A stretch of 64,000 bases of DNA, taken from contig CAWDLW010000008.1 of the NCBI GenBank assembly GCA_963803145.1, positions 128,001-192,000 of the forward strand. The letters are read 5' to 3'. The notes beneath the pieces are model-generated. The model saw only the letters and a list, made by a program, of their open reading frames with translations, searched no databases and had not been told where the DNA came from. Below are positions 51,313 through 61,535 of the stretch, piece after piece (position 1 is the stretch's first letter; each line of letters begins with the position of its first letter). The position numbers were made by a program, and so were the translations under genes. The DNA is from Methanotrichaceae archaeon. GTDB taxonomy: Archaea; Halobacteriota; Methanosarcinia; Methanotrichales; Methanotrichaceae.

Positions 51313-53526
51313 GTGAATAGAATGAGGAATATATATCTGGCCATAATAAGCATATTTGCCTTATTGGCTGTTTCGATCTCCCTATTTGGATTAACTGGCG
51401 CTCAGCCGCAAGCGGATTTAGCATCAATAAATAGCAATATTATCGCTCACGCCTTAGAAAAGCCAAATAAAGAATTGCCGACGGGACAAGGCACGTGGGG
51501 CCTCGATAATCAAACTCGAACTCGAACTCAACCGAAATCTGAATCATATATCAGACCTGCAGTTCTAAACCCAAAAATCCATCCTGTACTTCCAATGCAG
51601 CCCATTGCGCCTGTGGTGATCGGCTTTGAGGATTTATCAAACGGAGACAATGTTTTCCATCAATATGCTTACCAAGGAATTGAATTCAATTATCCAAGGA
51701 TTATTGATTATTCTGAGGAAGCAGCTTCTTGGAGATATCAGGGATTTGCACATTCAGGCACAAAAGCCATTGAGCAATGCTATGGCGAAGAATTCTGTAC
51801 CAAGCCCATTCAGATGAATTTCACTGAGGGACAGAAGCACGTAAAGATCTGGGTGGGCTATTCTGATAACCTCGCTGCCCAGAAAACGGTGATAATGCGT
51901 GCTTTCGATTCGTCAGGCGAACAAGTAAACCAGACGACAGTAGTATTCCAGCCCAGCACTAGCCCTATATCTATTCATACACCTATGGAGATCACATCAG
52001 ACAGTGCAAATATCAGAAGCGTAATTGTAAATTTTGCACCTCAAAATTATGGCGAATCACAAACAAATCATCTGGCTGTTGATGATGTCGAGTTTGATTC
52101 AAGCGGACCTGCACCATTATGTAATACTACTGAAGCACCAGTCGTGACGCTCGCACAGCCGACATCTGGGCAAGTTGTAAGGAGCAATGTATTCAGTTTA
52201 CAGGGTACGGTTGTCACCACAGCTCCGCTTGAGAGCGCTACATTAATTGTAACAGGGTCAGGCGGCAGTAATTCGATGAATCTTTTAAGCGACAATACAT
52301 TCCCACGGAGTGGAGGCACTTTTAGCGTTAATGGAATCCAGGATATGTTGTCTATGGGTTCCAACTCGATTACAGTCAGAGTTCAAAATTGTGCAGGTTC
52401 TGGAGAGAGTAGTGCAACATTAAATCTTCAGCCATGTGACAGCACCACGAGTCCAACCGTAACTATAACTGAGCCTAATCCATCAAAGCCAGGTGGTACA
52501 GTCATATCTGATCAGTACTGGAAATTGACGGGCAAAATTAACTCTTCGTCTAAGATAACAAATGTTGCCGCAACTGTGACTTCGGGGCTGCCGGCAAATA
52601 CCGGTATTCATCAAATAAACAGCATCCCAACCTATGATAATTCTTTTGGGGCGATTTTAGAAAGCGGCGGTCGTGAATATCCGCCTCCTGACCAAAGTCT
52701 ACTGTGGCCAGGTCCCAATACTATTACAGTCACAGCAACAAACAGCGAGGGTTGTTCAGGCCAGGCCAGCATATCAGTAGTATTCGAAAAAAGGGTATTC
52801 AAACGCATTTCCGGAGAAAACTACTTCCAATTAGCACAAGGAGACTCCAATGACAAGTATACAGCAAAAAATGGCTACCTTTACGTCTCGCATGATCCGG
52901 GATGTGGCATATCCGGCAATAATGGGGACGATGTATTCTTTTCACCTAATAAGCTCCCGTTCTGGTGCAAACTTGTAGGCGTTGAATTTCACCAGTTCTG
53001 GCCAACAGAGAGGAGACCCGATGATTGTGGCATTGGTGCCGTGTTCGGTGCGGGCTCGTATCTTACTGAGCTCACCCACGGTAACCTCTCGAACGGTTCC
53101 AAAGTGACTGTTCATTGGGAGAATTCGTGCTGCGGCAGATATTCAGGAAAGAACATCGAATACGTGATAAGCTTCATCGTCTCCGTACCAGAAGACTTGA
53201 CGGGATTAGCACTCGGCGAACCTCTATTCAATCTTACGGAAACTCCCGCAAATTCGATTCAGCCACCTAACGGATTTGGCTTATACGAACAGCCCGCACC
53301 CACTGAATCTTCTAATCCAAATCCGCCTGCGATACAGGAACAATGGTTCTTCTTCCAAATGACCAATCCTCAGAGTTGGGTGAAACCATGCTTCCCAATA
53401 GCTGAGCTCGCTCCTGATGAACCAACAGCGGCGAGTATGGCAGAAGCAGAGAATCAACCCTATAAAGCAGAACCAATTAGCTACGAGACGTATTTGCAGG
53501 ATACTACTAATAATGAGTGTACCTGA
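51313..53526 (+). CDS. Large secreted protein with Ig-like repeats
   Basis: Signal peptide; two 'P.VT...P......G....G.N.ITV...N..G' Ig-like units. Confidence 0.75.
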   Translation: MNRMRNIYLAIISIFALLAVSISLFGLTGAQPQADLASINSNIIAHALEKPNKELPTGQGTWGLDNQTRTRTQPKSESYIRPAVLNPKIHPVLPMQPIAPVVIGFEDLSNGDNVFHQYAYQGIEFNYPRIIDYSEEAASWRYQGFAHSGTKAIEQCYGEEFCTKPIQMNFTEGQKHVKIWVGYSDNLAAQKTVIMRAFDSSGEQVNQTTVVFQPSTSPISIHTPMEITSDSANIRSVIVNFAPQNYGESQTNHLAVDDVEFDSSGPAPLCNTTEAPVVTLAQPTSGQVVRSNVFSLQGTVVTTAPLESATLIVTGSGGSNSMNLLSDNTFPRSGGTFSVNGIQDMLSMGSNSITVRVQNCAGSGESSATLNLQPCDSTTSPTVTITEPNPSKPGGTVISDQYWKLTGKINSSSKITNVAATVTSGLPANTGIHQINSIPTYDNSFGAILESGGREYPPPDQSLLWPGPNTITVTATNSEGCSGQASISVVFEKRVFKRISGENYFQLAQGDSNDKYTAKNGYLYVSHDPGCGISGNNGDDVFFSPNKLPFWCKLVGVEFHQFWPTERRPDDCGIGAVFGAGSYLTELTHGNLSNGSKVTVHWENSCCGRYSGKNIEYVISFIVSVPEDLTGLALGEPLFNLTETPANSIQPPNGFGLYEQPAPTESSNPNPPAIQEQWFFFQMTNPQSWVKPCFPIAELAPDEPTAASMAEAENQPYKAEPISYETYLQDTTNNECT

Positions 53527-53539
53527 TGAGATATGAATT

Positions 53540-54583
53540 GTGGAGGGTTTGAATAGTATGTGGTTAGTAAGTGACCATAATAAGCAGAGTATTATAATAT
53601 TATCAGCAATATTTATAATACTCTGCTTGTGTCTGATACCCGTCTTTTGTCTTGAAGACAACACTGATCGTCCAGGTGGCGATTACAAGAAATACGATAT
53701 GACCACTCCTGATCCAAGCTTGTGTCAACAGTATTGTGCAGCAGATCCTGACTGCCAGGCTTTCACTTATGTCAAGCCAGGAATCCAGGGACCTTATTCC
53801 AGTTGCTATCTGAAGAATACCGTGCCTCCTGCAAAATCAGACAGCTGCTGTCTATCCGGCACGAAGACCGCTCAAACAAGCGGATCGCCAGTTCCATTTA
53901 GTACTATGGATTATTCATCTATTCCTGGCCTTGTTTTGCATTTATGGCATAACATGAACCAGCCTGATCCACAATTAGATTCAAACAGATCCGATTTGAT
54001 ATTTTTGCACGGAGGAGATCTTGGGGCCCCTCAGGATTGTGGGTATAGCTGGTGGATGATTCCCGATAATCAAAATGCAGATCCGATGAAATGGAGTACT
54101 CAGCTTCCACCTGGATTAGTTCTATGTCTCAGGCATTCTTCAAACCAGGCGAACGATAACCGGATTACAGTTGGCGGTCAGAACCCCGTTGAAGGTCCAG
54201 ATACATTTGGTGGCCTTGTAAAGCAAAACGGAGGCGATAGAGATGGATCGGAGGGTGAAGGCTACTACTGGTATGAAACTTTTAATCCCAATTTTCAAAA
54301 CTGGGATGACGCAGAAAAAACTTTGCCTAAGGGAACGATCCTAGGTCTGAAGCATTCTATGAACCAGCCAGATAAGACTGTATACTGGCGCGGCCAGGAA
54401 TACGATCCAGTCAAGTGTTTCAGGAGTGCACAAGAGTATCCGTCCCCGCCAACTTTCGCTCCAAGACATGGAGGTGACCGTGGCACTCCCTCTGGTGAAG
54501 GTTACTACTGGTTTGAGAAAGTGGATGGGCCTGATTATTTCAAGCCAGGACCTGCAAGCGGGCCAATATGCGGCGAAGCGTAG
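53540..54583 (+). CDS. Secreted PAN/Apple-domain protein with three internal repeats
   Basis: DRPGGDY...CQQYCAADPDCQAFTY...CYLK. Confidence 0.85.
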   Translation: MEGLNSMWLVSDHNKQSIIILSAIFIILCLCLIPVFCLEDNTDRPGGDYKKYDMTTPDPSLCQQYCAADPDCQAFTYVKPGIQGPYSSCYLKNTVPPAKSDSCCLSGTKTAQTSGSPVPFSTMDYSSIPGLVLHLWHNMNQPDPQLDSNRSDLIFLHGGDLGAPQDCGYSWWMIPDNQNADPMKWSTQLPPGLVLCLRHSSNQANDNRITVGGQNPVEGPDTFGGLVKQNGGDRDGSEGEGYYWYETFNPNFQNWDDAEKTLPKGTILGLKHSMNQPDKTVYWRGQEYDPVKCFRSAQEYPSPPTFAPRHGGDRGTPSGEGYYWFEKVDGPDYFKPGPASGPICGEA

Positions 54584-54636
54584 CATTCCAAATTTCTGCC
54601 TTTTTTATCGCAACATCCCCGCAGCCTGTTGTGGGA

Positions 54637-54969
54637 AGCACCTTAAGGCCGGTTCTTGTAGTTCTTGAAGTCTCGAGCTCTTCAGGATACTCCCTTGGAA
54701 CGTATGCCTGATCAGGGTATATAAGCGATAGCCTTTTTGCCTCCTCTATGAGCCACGGCCTGAACTCTGGATGGGCTATGGCTATTAGATCCATTGCCCT
54801 CTCAAGGATGCTCTTTCCATGGAGATAGGCTATGCCGTATTCGGTGACCACATAATGAATATCCCCACGTGTAAGTGTAGTTCCTGCTCCCGCTGTGAGG
54901 AAGGGAACTATCCTTGAAACCCTTTCATCGTCTGCTGTGGAAGGCAGCGCAAGGATGGTTTTTCCATCG
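54637..54969 (-). pseudogene. Internal fragment of a paralogous CoA-hydrolase-GNAT gene
   Basis: GKTILALPST...YPEELETSRTTRTGL matches the middle of 49201..51123. Confidence 0.85.
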
Positions 54970-54982
54970 AACTCCAGCTGCA

Positions 54983-56700
54983 TTATGGTTTTACTGAAAA
55001 GAATTGCATGGATTTCAAAGCCAGCCTTTTAGCCAGCCATTTGTCGTAGGCGCGATTAAATGCCTCAATTCCCTGTGGGCTGCCGATTATGGCTATTATA
55101 TCTCCCTGCTCTATCATTATGCTTTTATCCGGTCCTGCAATCGATCTTCCTTCATGCTTCATAGCCGCAGCTCTACAGCCGAACATACCCGGCAGATCGA
55201 TCTCTTCCAGGGTCTTTCCTATAAGATTCGATCCTTTTTCAGCTTCGTGAAGCTCCAGCTCCAGATCCTCGTAAAGCAAAGCCAGCTCCTCCTCCTCTTG
55301 CTGGATCACCTTTGCCAGCATGTGACTCGCAACGATCGGCAAAGACGCCACGTAATCAGCACCTGCTCGATAAATCTTCTCAGAAGATTTCGCGAGATTT
55401 GCCCTGGCAACAACGAACGCATCTGGATTGAGGTTCTTTGCAAGAAGCGTCGCATAGACCGCCTCTGAATCATCATCGAGTAGTATCATAGTTCCAACGG
55501 CCTTTTTGATGCCGGCTTTAAGCAGTATATCCTCTGATGTGGCATCGCCCTTTATCTGCTCGAAGGGAATCTCCCCCAAATCTTGTGAATCCACGATGAT
55601 CGGGTTTATGCCTCCCTCACAAAGGATGGCTGCAACATGCCTGCCTACATCCCCATAGCCCAAAATTATCAGAGGGCCTTCTCTCCTAGCGCCCAGCGTC
55701 AGATTTCTGATCTTTGTAACCTGATCTGTCTTACCTACAGCCATCAGCACTGAGTTCGGTATAATCGCCTCCTCCGGCGTTGGGTCAGGCAAAAAATTAC
55801 CTTTCTGCCACATTCCTACAATGCGGGCTCCGGTGGACTTTGTTGAATCTATAGTCAGCCTTTGCTTAATCAGCTTGCTGCCCGGGTATATCGGCAGCTC
55901 AGCCAGAATTAGGTCTTCAAAGAGCTTTATGGCACCAGGAAATACATTTTTCTTGGGAGGTGCTGTGATCTGTGCTAAAAATTTTCCAAGAAGCATTTTC
56001 GGCGAGACAGTCCTGGATGCTCCTGCATAACTCAGGAACCTGGATTGGACATGACCATCCACGAGAGCGATGACTTGCACATCCGAAATGCTGCGAGCCG
56101 CCAGGATGACATCTGCATTCAGTTCTTCTTTCTCATTGGCAATGAGAAGCCTGGCGGAATTGACCCCTGCCTTTAGGAGAATGTTGGTCTCAGATGGGTC
56201 TCCACAGATGGTAGGATATTCACGGTAAATGCTCCTTGCCACATTCTCAGATCTCTCGATAATAATGAAGGAGATCTTCAGCGGTGCCAATCGTTCTGCC
56301 AGAATCTCTACCATTGAACTGTACCCTGAGATGATGATATGATCCTCATTCTTTTCAGGTGCTGAGTTGGGCTTTGCTTTTATCAGGCTCTCGAACCTGG
56401 GAGTAAGCTCCATTGGCAAAATCACTGCCCAGAATATGGCTATTCCAGAAAGAGCCACTATTATGGTGAAGAAGCGGCCGATCTGGCTATGGAATACTAT
56501 ATCACCATATCCTAAGGTGGTTATGGTGACCATAACCCAGTACAGGGCAGTTATCGGATTGATATTCTGGGGCTGGTCCTCAAAGCCCATTAGAATCATG
56601 AAAATGAGGCTATAAACTGCTATCAGCAGGACTATGGCCAGGATAAGCTTGATATTCTTGCGCAGGCATTAGACCCCCGTTTCACTTCTGCTGCAATCAT
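54983..56700 (-). CDS. Potassium channel with TrkA-N/TrkA-C domains; apparent frameshift near 56665
   Basis: TTLGYGD selectivity filter and two RCK domains; first TM helix (LRKNIKLILAIVLLIAVYSLIF) lies upstream of 56599, out of frame with ATG 56700. Confidence 0.85.
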
Positions 56701-56701
56701 A

Positions 56702-57463
56702 TTAAAATGATTTCGCAGTACATACCAGATCTAGAAACCGCTGAACTTGCACACCCAAATGCTCGATTAGATGGGCATCGCCACCCGCAACTGCCATAGT
56801 GGCCCCAAGCCAGCGGCTGCAGTCCAGATTGGCATCGCTGAATCTTAATGTGTATTTCCTGAGACTGGCTTCCATTGCTGTCTCCTCTCCGACCATCTGC
56901 CACCAAAGGACGATCCAGCCTGCCCTTTCTGCAGAGCGCAGAAGGTTCCACGCCTGCTTAATATCGTTCTCATCTAAATAGGGAGGATCGATCAAAACCA
57001 TACCGGGAAGAGATCGATCAAGAATAGACTGGACTCCCATAAAGCCGTCTTCTAATTTGAAGTTGACTCTGGGGTCTCCATACCAGGCGGCAGCTACAAG
57101 TGGATCAATATCCCAAACTTCTACATCAATATTGCAGCCTTGCCTCCTGGCGACATCAAGAACAAGATTTGTTGATCCAGGGTAGCAAACTAGTCCCTGA
57201 GAATTCATATTCTCGATGATTCTAAAATAACAAAAAACATCTAGAGCAGAGATGTGGGGCCAGCATCTGCCTATCCCACATTCCCATTCGCCCGGGGTAC
57301 CTAGGTTATATTTTGGGTAGCCCACATGGCTCTCTGCATAGGTAAGTATCTTCCTCTCTATGAGCAGATAGTCAACTGCCTCAGCCAGGATGAAGTGTTT
57401 CCAGACATCACCTGCATTGCCTGCATGTATTCTATGGTCATAATGCGGCCTTTCAGCCTTCAT
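56702..57463 (-). CDS. rlmJ: RlmJ-like N6-adenine methyltransferase
   Basis: YDHRIHAGNAGDVWKH, YPGS, DGF and LIDPPY match the RlmJ/YhiR motifs. Confidence 0.75.
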   Translation of the reverse strand: MKAERPHYDHRIHAGNAGDVWKHFILAEAVDYLLIERKILTYAESHVGYPKYNLGTPGEWECGIGRCWPHISALDVFCYFRIIENMNSQGLVCYPGSTNLVLDVARRQGCNIDVEVWDIDPLVAAAWYGDPRVNFKLEDGFMGVQSILDRSLPGMVLIDPPYLDENDIKQAWNLLRSAERAGWIVLWWQMVGEETAMEASLRKYTLRFSDANLDCSRWLGATMAVAGGDAHLIEHLGVQVQRFLDLVCTAKSF

Positions 57464-57473
57464 TGCATTAGTA

Positions 57474-57938
57474 TTATCGTTCTATATACATCCTCTTGGC
57501 GATGTTGAATGCCTGAGCTGGAGTTGAAACTGCAATCCTCTGAGACTCATCGAAGGACTGCTTTGCCGCTGCAGCAGTTACCGCAGCAGTCCTCAGAAGG
57601 GACTTATCTACTTCATTTGTCAGCCATCGCGCGCCGCCAATCCCTACTAGGAGAGAGCCTGCCAGAGTCGAAATTGTTATACCAAAATCGCCGGTGCTGA
57701 TACCAGTCAGGGACCCATAAAGCATTGTGCTGCTGTATGCTCCATAGAGCCCCCACGAGATAAACGAAGCCACTGCGCCGAGAATTATGTTTCCTATAAA
57801 GCCCGGTCTGAAGATGCTTACGTTATTGACGTTCTCTTCACGTGGCCAGATGAACCCGTTATCGCTGATAATAGCATTGAATATGCCGCCTACAGCGCCG
57901 CTCAGCAAAATGGCGACTAATACTATTAGTAGTGACAT
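57474..57938 (-). CDS. Small membrane protein (DUF4257-like)
   Basis: GAVGG...PGFIGNIILGAVA; three hydrophobic segments. Confidence 0.6.
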   Translation of the reverse strand: MSLLIVLVAILLSGAVGGIFNAIISDNGFIWPREENVNNVSIFRPGFIGNIILGAVASFISWGLYGAYSSTMLYGSLTGISTGDFGITISTLAGSLLVGIGGARWLTNEVDKSLLRTAAVTAAAAKQSFDESQRIAVSTPAQAFNIAKRMYIER

Positions 57939-58430
57939 TGTAATTTATCCCCTCAAATACATTCGGCAACGAATATCGGATTGCGTTTTGGAAGCTGTTG
58001 CGATATTCATGCTGTATTACCCCCACCCATTATATATCGCTAACTTTTTTAATTAACTCATGTCAATAAGACTATTTAAAATTTGTGCTCATATAAACGG
58101 TTTAGACTTCTGAAAAAGCTAAAATAAATATAAATAGTAGCACTATATCCATGTATTATAGACAGATTACTATACATCCTTCGAATTATCCTTCAGTATA
58201 GTCCTAAGAATAATAGCATGAATATATATAATTAGGCATGCTGCTTTTACTTAAAAGCACAAAGGCTACGGTTAAATCATAAAAAATTTTTAACTACTAA
58301 TTTATCGTAATCCCCTCTGCTTGCGGCCATGTGGCTTCATTCAGCATAGCTGAAGCTATAACGAACGTATTAGTGTACGACAGATCCTACTTGGTGACCC
58401 TGCTGGTATCCGGATCTTAGCGTTCCTGTG

Positions 58431-58461
58431 ATGAAGGGGAGATCTCTAAATCTCCCTTCAT
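58431..58461 (-). terminator. Hairpin downstream of the Cys-rich gene
   Basis: ATGAAGGGGAGAT-N6-ATCTCCCTTCAT. Confidence 0.5.
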
Positions 58462-58472
58462 GCTATCCAAGA

Positions 58473-59390
58473 TCAGTATGCTGTAGCCTTCGAGGACTGG
58501 TCATCAGCTGCAGACTTGGCACAAGTATCGCAGCTCCCAGTAGTGCTCTTGCCCAAATCATTGTTTATATTTATCTTAGCACAGCTTGGGCAGAGTGCAT
58601 CAGTGGGTTTATTTGTATACTCGTAGCAGTACTTATCGCAGTAAACGTAGCAGCATTTATCTAATATAATCTTCTGGTGTGTAGTTTCGCTGTATCCATC
58701 AAAGTAATGGGTATATCCGCACTTATCGCATTTCTCAACGTAGATGAGCGGTGTACCGTCCGTGGGGCAGTTCATGGTGCCATCTGCAGGGTACTTAGCA
58801 TTGCATTTGGGGCAATATGCGTAAGCTTCGCAAGGGTCACCACATTTATCACAAGTGCCGTCACAATAGTGTTTCTCGCCAGTACTTGGATCGAAATCGT
58901 AGATCATGCATTTGAGATAGCAGTTCTCAACGCAATTGTTGTATTCACATGGCTGGCCACACTTATCGCAATTGCCATCGAAAATATGTGTCCAGCCGCA
59001 TTTATCGCACTTCTCGCTTGTATAGCAGGGGCTTCCGCAAAACTTGCAAATGCCAGGCTGATCGTCGCCCTTAAGCTCGTAGGTTATACCGCACTTGGGA
59101 CAATAATTGTACATAGTGCACTTTCCGCCATCATTGGGGCAGATGCCATTATCATAATATACTTTGCCGTACTCAGTACAGTTTGGATTCGTACACTTCT
59201 CATAGGGATAAGTTTTCTCCCAGGAGTTACTGCTATATTTGCTCATGTCTCCTGCCGAAGTCGTTGAAGTTTGCATGCATTGTCCTGTTGCACAGTTATC
59301 ACTTTTTGCTGTTGAATAGCTATCGGAGATTGCCATAGAACAGCCCATAAATATTGCTGCTAGAAGCAATATAATTAAAGCAATTCTCAT
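58473..59390 (-). CDS. Secreted cysteine-rich poly-CxxC protein
   Basis: Signal peptide; about 37 Cys and nine CxxC motifs (manual count). Confidence 0.8.
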   Translation of the reverse strand: MRIALIILLLAAIFMGCSMAISDSYSTAKSDNCATGQCMQTSTTSAGDMSKYSSNSWEKTYPYEKCTNPNCTEYGKVYYDNGICPNDGGKCTMYNYCPKCGITYELKGDDQPGICKFCGSPCYTSEKCDKCGWTHIFDGNCDKCGQPCEYNNCVENCYLKCMIYDFDPSTGEKHYCDGTCDKCGDPCEAYAYCPKCNAKYPADGTMNCPTDGTPLIYVEKCDKCGYTHYFDGYSETTHQKIILDKCCYVYCDKYCYEYTNKPTDALCPSCAKININNDLGKSTTGSCDTCAKSAADDQSSKATAY

Positions 59391-59668
59391 AACATAGCCT
59401 TTCCATATTTGATATTATTTAGAAATGTAACTGATTATATTTAATGTTCCACTATATTTTGATTAGTAGTGTTAATAGTAACATAATATACTATATTTAG
59501 GCACCTAAAGATTGATACTAATAGCTATGCGTCAATGAATCGTAGATTGATCCTGATAGCCTCGTCATATTGCCCTATTCTTCAAGAGTCACCATTCACA
59601 ATGCAACAGTACAGCTGTGATTATATGAAGGATATATTGGGTTTGGATATTGCTAACATACTTTTGCT

Positions 59669-60172
59669 CTATAACTTGGCTGTCTTCACTATATGCTCAT
59701 TTAAGGTTTCGTTTTTGAACGAGGCGACGATTTCAACACAGGTTGTAAAATTATCATTCTTTAAATCTAGAGGTGCAATGACGCCCCAAAGCGCTTGGCT
59801 TCCAAGACGATCTTGCCCTGTCGTGATATATCCATTTCCATAAGGCTGATCAGATATCCTATCGCACATTGCTCCCATAATGCTATCTAGCTCCGTTTCC
59901 AGATCGCTGATAGGGCGAAGACTATCGTGGCCAATTAGATATGCAAAACTTGAGCTGTTCGTATTACGATCTACCATCTTTATATAATGCGTTAATACTC
60001 CGGTGCAATCCTGGTAATCCGGTGCCATTGGTATAACGGCGATGTTTTGTCCTCCGAAGTCCAGGGAGATATTGTGGCTGCCAAGTGGTATAATCTGATA
60101 GCTGCCTAGCGCTGGAGTTACGACCGCCACAATCACAAGCGCCGAGGCAATTATTAATAGATGAGTATTCAT
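59669..60172 (-). CDS. Secreted hypothetical protein
   Basis: Signal peptide. Confidence 0.7.
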   Translation of the reverse strand: MNTHLLIIASALVIVAVVTPALGSYQIIPLGSHNISLDFGGQNIAVIPMAPDYQDCTGVLTHYIKMVDRNTNSSSFAYLIGHDSLRPISDLETELDSIMGAMCDRISDQPYGNGYITTGQDRLGSQALWGVIAPLDLKNDNFTTCVEIVASFKNETLNEHIVKTAKL

Positions 60173-60221
60173 CCACCCCTAATTGCATAACGATTAATTA
60201 AAAGGTAACGCTCGCTGTTCT

Positions 60222-61163
60222 TCACTGGTAATGACCACCTGCATACTGAATAACTAATCCCGCTAAGACACTTATCCCAAACAATAGAAGCAAAATCCTC
60301 AATACGTCTCTCTTGTCCTTTTCTTCTCTAAGTAAGACTAACAATCCCAAACCGCTACTAGCACAGAGCCCAGCAATCACTGAACCATAAGAAATGGCAC
60401 CTTTGAGATACAACACCGTTATTGCGACGGATGCAGCACAATTTGGAATAAGTCCAACTAACGCCACCAGGAATGGTTGGAGAAAACCGTAACCTAAGAA
60501 CAATTTACCGAATGCTTCTTCACCCATCTGGGAAATGATGAAATTTATTGCAAATGAAACACCAAAAATAAAAGCAAAAACCTTGGCGGTATGGATTATT
60601 GGGTGAAGGATAATCTCTTTGGGACTAAATTTTATTGAGGAAGGGCTTGCGCTGTGGCCGCAGCAAGCTTTTTCTTCCAAGATTGTTTCGTGATGATGAC
60701 CTTCATCATCGGAACCTTCTGAATATGCCTTAACATGGGCTAAAGTCTTTTTATTTGATGATCTAAAAGCGAAATCAACAGTATATCCACCGATTAGAGC
60801 AATAATGATTTTTGTCAGGATCAAAGGCACGACGATTTCAGCCTTCTCTGGATCTGAAAGAATTACTGGAATAGCCTCATCTGAAGTGGATAGATAAACA
60901 GCAAGCAAAGTGCCAATTGTGGCTAGCCTTTGCGTGTAGAGAACCGAGGCGACAACTGATATGCCACACTGAGGGAAACTACCTGCTACCGCTCCAATAG
61001 CAGGTCCAGCTGCACCAGCCTTTTGCACCATTTCCCTTATCTTGTTTGCGTATTTATATTCAAATAACTCGATCCCAATATAAATAATAAGAAGCAGTGG
61101 AATCATTTTTGCGCTATCTGTTAAAGCGTCTAAGAAAATATCAGAAAGAGAATCTATTCCCAT
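60222..61163 (-). CDS. Putative metal transporter (DUF2899-like permease)
   Basis: PQCG, STSDEA, His-rich loop and GLIPNCAAS. Confidence 0.8.
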   Translation of the reverse strand: MGIDSLSDIFLDALTDSAKMIPLLLIIYIGIELFEYKYANKIREMVQKAGAAGPAIGAVAGSFPQCGISVVASVLYTQRLATIGTLLAVYLSTSDEAIPVILSDPEKAEIVVPLILTKIIIALIGGYTVDFAFRSSNKKTLAHVKAYSEGSDDEGHHHETILEEKACCGHSASPSSIKFSPKEIILHPIIHTAKVFAFIFGVSFAINFIISQMGEEAFGKLFLGYGFLQPFLVALVGLIPNCAASVAITVLYLKGAISYGSVIAGLCASSGLGLLVLLREEKDKRDVLRILLLLFGISVLAGLVIQYAGGHYQ

Positions 61164-61262
61164 CTTGATGGCCCTACCTAGGAAATTGCACTTAGCTTCC
61201 GGTGAGAAGGAAGATCGATCTTAATCTGCTTGATGGTTCTGCCATTCGTAAGCCCCCTGGAA

Positions 61263-61535
61263 TTATATCTTAAATCTGGTATATAGAAATGCGCATATTA
61301 TAATCAGGGCTGAAGCAATGATTACGTAGGCTACAGGGTTGCCTTCGATATTAAATCCAAATACGCCAGATGGACCTTCTTCCTCTGAATCAGCATGGAT
61401 TCCCACTGCATTGTTAAACCTCTCCTCAATACCCATGTGGCCCGAGATCACATATGCAGCTATGCTCAAGGCTAAAAAGACGAGGATCAGTCCACCAAAT
61501 ATTATGAATCCCCTTTTATCGATTACCTTAGACAT
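61263..61535 (-). CDS. CbiN/NikN-like small ECF component
   Basis: Two TM helices with an acidic loop; overlaps the cbiM stop. Confidence 0.65.
   Translation of the reverse strand: MSKVIDKRGFIIFGGLILVFLALSIAAYVISGHMGIEERFNNAVGIHADSEEEGPSGVFGFNIEGNPVAYVIIASALIIICAFLYTRFKI

Noticed and set aside
58473-59390. Multiheme cytochrome
   Set aside because: No CxxCH motifs; only CxxCGxxH.
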